Shown here in pieces: positions 61,427 to 64,000 of a stretch of 64,000 nucleotides of DNA. The stretch spans positions 1,184,001 through 1,248,000 of the forward strand of contig CBDCOZ010000003.1 of assembly GCA_965220085.1 (NCBI GenBank), in the 5' to 3' direction. Position 1 is the first letter of the stretch. Every line of letters begins with the position of its first letter. The notes below the pieces were generated by a model. The model ran no database searches. It saw nothing but the letters and a program-made list of their open reading frames with translations, and had not been told where the DNA came from. The translations under genes were made by a program, and so were the position numbers. Source of the stretch: Candidatus Oxydemutatoraceae bacterium. Lineage in GTDB: Bacteria; Pseudomonadota; Gammaproteobacteria; Poriferisulfidales; Oxydemutatoraceae.

Positions 61427-61539
61427 CTGATTGGTCGCGCCGTTTTGATTTGCCCGCCGGAGACATCCGAACCGCTTATCGGGCGCGCCGGTCACGCCGC
61501 TCGTGTCAGTGCGCTGATATTTTTAAGTATGCAAGCCCC

Positions 61540-61761
61540 TTATTTTTTGCGGTAAGTGATGCGCCCGCGTGTGAGGTCGTAGGGGCTCATTTCTACTGTT
61601 ACGCGGTCGCCCGTTAATATTCGTATATAATGCTTACGCATTTTTCCCGATATGTGCGCAATGATTTTGTGATCGTTTTTATCGAGCTTAACCCGAAACA
61701 TTGCGTTGGGCAGGACTTCAAAAACAGTCCCTTCCATTTCAAAGTGTTCTTCTTTTGCCAT
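61540..61761 (-). CDS. infA: Translation initiation factor IF-1
   Basis: [11 protein letters not shown]...LPNAMFRV...[13 protein letters not shown]...[13 protein letters not shown]. Confidence 0.98.
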   Translation of the reverse strand: MAKEEHFEMEGTVFEVLPNAMFRVKLDKNDHKIIAHISGKMRKHYIRILTGDRVTVEMSPYDLTRGRITYRKK

Positions 61762-61827
61762 ATATAATTTGCTGAAATAAAAACACATATTATCGGATAT
61801 TTGAACAATAACTCAAGGCTTGATTCC

Positions 61828-62787
61828 ATGAAAACGAAAACCGCTTTTATCTTCCCCGGACAGGGTTCGCAATCCGCAGGCATGATGGATGCCTACGCAA
61901 ACGACTGCGGCGAAGTGCGCGATACCTTTGCGCGCGCCTCCGATGTGTTGGGCAAAGACCTCTATGCGTTGGCCGCGGAAGGCCCCAAGGACGCGTTGGA
62001 TGCGACGGTGAATACGCAGCCGATTATGCTCAGCGCGTGCTTCTCGCTGTGGTCCATTTGGCAACGGCGGGGGGGAGGGATGCCGGATATGATGGCCGGA
62101 CACAGCTTCGGCGAGTATGCGGCGCTGGTCTGTGCCGGCGCGATTGCGTTTGAAGACGGTATCAGGATTGCGGCAAAGCGCGGTGAGTTGATGCAAGATG
62201 CGGTGCCCGGAATCTCTGCGGCGATGGCGGCGGTGATGGGGGTTGATGCGCAGAGCCTCGGCGCGCATTGTCGGCGGGCGCAAGACGATAGCGGGTTAGT
62301 TGTTGAGATGGTCAACTTCAATGCGCCGACGCAGATCGTTGTCGCCGGACATCGCCAAGCGATCGATGCGCTCTCGGCAAACATCAAGACCGCCGCCGCA
62401 TCCAAAGCTGTCAAAGTGATCGTGTTGCCGGTCAGTGTGCCCGCGCATTCCTCTTTGATGAAGCCGGCCGCGGAACAACTGGCGGCGTTTCTTGAAAATA
62501 TTGAGGTCAAAACTCCGGCGATTCCGGTGGTGCAGAACGTGGAAGCAAAGGCGTATTCGGCGCCCGAAGATATCAAGCAAGCCCTGAACAAACAAGTGTA
62601 TAACCCTGTTTTATGGGCGGAAACCGTCGCGCATTTTACCCAAGCGGGCGCGCAACGCCTGGTTGAGATGGGGCCGGGACAGGTGCTGACGGGCATCGCC
62701 CGACGGATTGATCGCAACCTGGTGTGTATGCCAACCGACACTCCGGACAAGTTGGAAGCATTGCTTTCGGGGAGCGATGGTTTATGA
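61828..62787 (+). CDS. fabD: Malonyl CoA-ACP transacylase
   Basis: FPGQGSQ, AGHSFGEY and VSVPAHS motifs. Confidence 0.97.
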   Translation: MKTKTAFIFPGQGSQSAGMMDAYANDCGEVRDTFARASDVLGKDLYALAAEGPKDALDATVNTQPIMLSACFSLWSIWQRRGGGMPDMMAGHSFGEYAALVCAGAIAFEDGIRIAAKRGELMQDAVPGISAAMAAVMGVDAQSLGAHCRRAQDDSGLVVEMVNFNAPTQIVVAGHRQAIDALSANIKTAAASKAVKVIVLPVSVPAHSSLMKPAAEQLAAFLENIEVKTPAIPVVQNVEAKAYSAPEDIKQALNKQVYNPVLWAETVAHFTQAGAQRLVEMGPGQVLTGIARRIDRNLVCMPTDTPDKLEALLSGSDGL

Positions 62788-63577
62788 TAAAAACCCTCAT
62801 GACTCTAGCAGCCGATCATTACGCACCAATCCGATGAACGAACAGCAACGAACAGCTCTTGTTACAGGCGCCTCGCGAGGCATCGGACAAGCGTGCGCAT
62901 TGGCGCTCGGCGGCATCGGCACGCGCGTAGTCGGCACCGCAACCGCTGCCCAAGGGGCGGCGGGCATATCCGCATTACTTGAGCAACACGAAATTGCCGG
63001 CTTCGGTTTGGAGATGCGCATCGATTCCGCCGACTCAGTTGCCGCCGCTATCAAACTGTTGCAGGAGCGGGACTGTGCTCCGGATATTCTGGTCAATAAT
63101 GCCGGTATCACCAGAGACAATCTGCTGATACGAATGGGCGATAGCGAGTGGTCGGAAGTGATAGAGACAAACTTGAGCTCTCTCTATCGCCTGTGCAAAT
63201 CCTGTGCAAAAAGCATGATCAAAAAACGTTGGGGGCGGATTATCAATATCAGTTCTGTCAGTGCGCAGATGGGGAATCCCGGACAATCCAACTATGCCGC
63301 CGCTAAGGCGGGGATGATAGGGTTCAGCAAAAGTCTTGCAAAAGAACTGGGATTGCGTAATATCACTGTTAATTGCGTTGCGCCGGGCTTTATTCGGACC
63401 GATATGACGGCAGCTTTGCCGCAAGAGCAATGCGAGGAAATAATCCGCCGCATCCCGCTGGGACGTTTTGGCAATTCGGGAGAGGTCGGTGATTTGGTTT
63501 GCTTTTTGGCTTCTGACAAAGCGGCTTATATCACCGGCGAAACGATTGCCGTCAACGGCGGCATGCATATGAACTAA
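62777..63577 (+). CDS. fabG: 3-oxoacyl-ACP reductase
   Basis: TGASRGIG, NNAGITRD and YAAAK motifs; alternative start at 62834. Confidence 0.96.
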   Translation: MVYDKNPHDSSSRSLRTNPMNEQQRTALVTGASRGIGQACALALGGIGTRVVGTATAAQGAAGISALLEQHEIAGFGLEMRIDSADSVAAAIKLLQERDCAPDILVNNAGITRDNLLIRMGDSEWSEVIETNLSSLYRLCKSCAKSMIKKRWGRIINISSVSAQMGNPGQSNYAAAKAGMIGFSKSLAKELGLRNITVNCVAPGFIRTDMTAALPQEQCEEIIRRIPLGRFGNSGEVGDLVCFLASDKAAYITGETIAVNGGMHMN

Positions 63578-63601
63578 TGATAAAACAAACAGGAGAAAAC
63601 A

Positions 63602-63838
63602 ATGAGTGACAACATAGAAAGCAGGGTACATAAAATTGTGGCCGAGCAACTGGGAGTGGAAGAGAGCAAAGTGACGCCCGATGCATCTTTTGTAAACGAT
63701 CTCAATGCGGACTCTCTTGACACGGTCGAGCTGGTGATGGCGCTGGAAGAAGAGTTTGAGTGCAATATCCCCGATGAAGAAGCCGAAAAATTGACGACCG
63801 TCGGCGAAGCAATCGAGTATATAAAATCTCATTTGTGA
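63602..63838 (+). CDS. acpP: Acyl carrier protein
   Basis: [17 protein letters not shown]. Confidence 0.98.
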   Translation: MSDNIESRVHKIVAEQLGVEESKVTPDASFVNDLNADSLDTVELVMALEEEFECNIPDEEAEKLTTVGEAIEYIKSHL

Positions 63839-63886
63839 CCCGCCGCAACACGAGGCTCTTGCACCGAACTCCTTGGAGGTAGCGCT

Positions 63887-64000
63887 TTGGAAGGAAGACG
63901 AGTCGTAGTGACCGGGCTGGGCATCGTCTGCCCGGTCGGCGCGTCGGTTGACACGGCGTGGAGCGCATTGACCGCCGGCCGCAGCGGGGTGCGCAAAGTC
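63887..64000 (+). CDS. fabF: Beta-ketoacyl-ACP synthase II (5' part, runs off the window)
   Basis: GGAGG RBS, then TTG-EGRRVVVTGLGIVCPVG...W..L.AGRSGV; follows acpP. Confidence 0.92.
   Translation, partial: MEGRRVVVTGLGIVCPVGASVDTAWSALTAGRSGVRKV

Noticed and set aside
54790-61430. Diversity-generating retroelement, shufflon or integron
   Set aside because: There is no reverse transcriptase, adenine-specific TR/VR pair, invertase or integron integrase in the window. Repeats are direct, and I could not identify attC-type RYYYAAC/GTTRRRY structures.

Overview
This is a chromosomal window from a gammaproteobacterium; the host-associated lifestyle is suggested by adhesin-like genes and decayed defence loci but cannot be proven from sequence. 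The housekeeping backbone is bfr, zur-znuCB, lepB-rnc-era-recO-pdxJ-acpS, mutS, recA-recX, msbA-lpxK-ycaR-kdsB, a GldA/F/G-like ABC operon, purB, fumC, acnA, mnmA, clpS-clpA, infA and fabD-fabG-acpP-fabF. There is also an unlinked 5S rRNA gene and good Fur, PhoB and Zur boxes. The main candidate for an undescribed system is a family of five secreted proteins plus one tail-only remnant. All end in the same C-terminal motif, (L/I/V)RLR(L/I)FLEG(P/A)LR-stop, overlapped by a ~26-bp palindromic DNA repeat. The five full genes each carry a poly-C tract between an RBS-preceded ATG and the signal peptide; two are in frame (ON) and three are out of frame by +1 (OFF). Three of them form a tandem array of constant-spacer/variable-passenger cassettes between clpA and infA, and another abuts a truncated restriction endonuclease gene. 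Other notable features are seven extra in-frame 147-bp copies of the mutS 3' end, a triplicated PD-(D/E)XK nuclease with variable C-terminal halves and a conserved internal RBS+ATG, repeated duplication of gene ends, a His-rich insert in ZnuB, REP-like arrays, an IS481-family element and a decayed defence island. All family assignments come from motif recognition by eye, not database searches.
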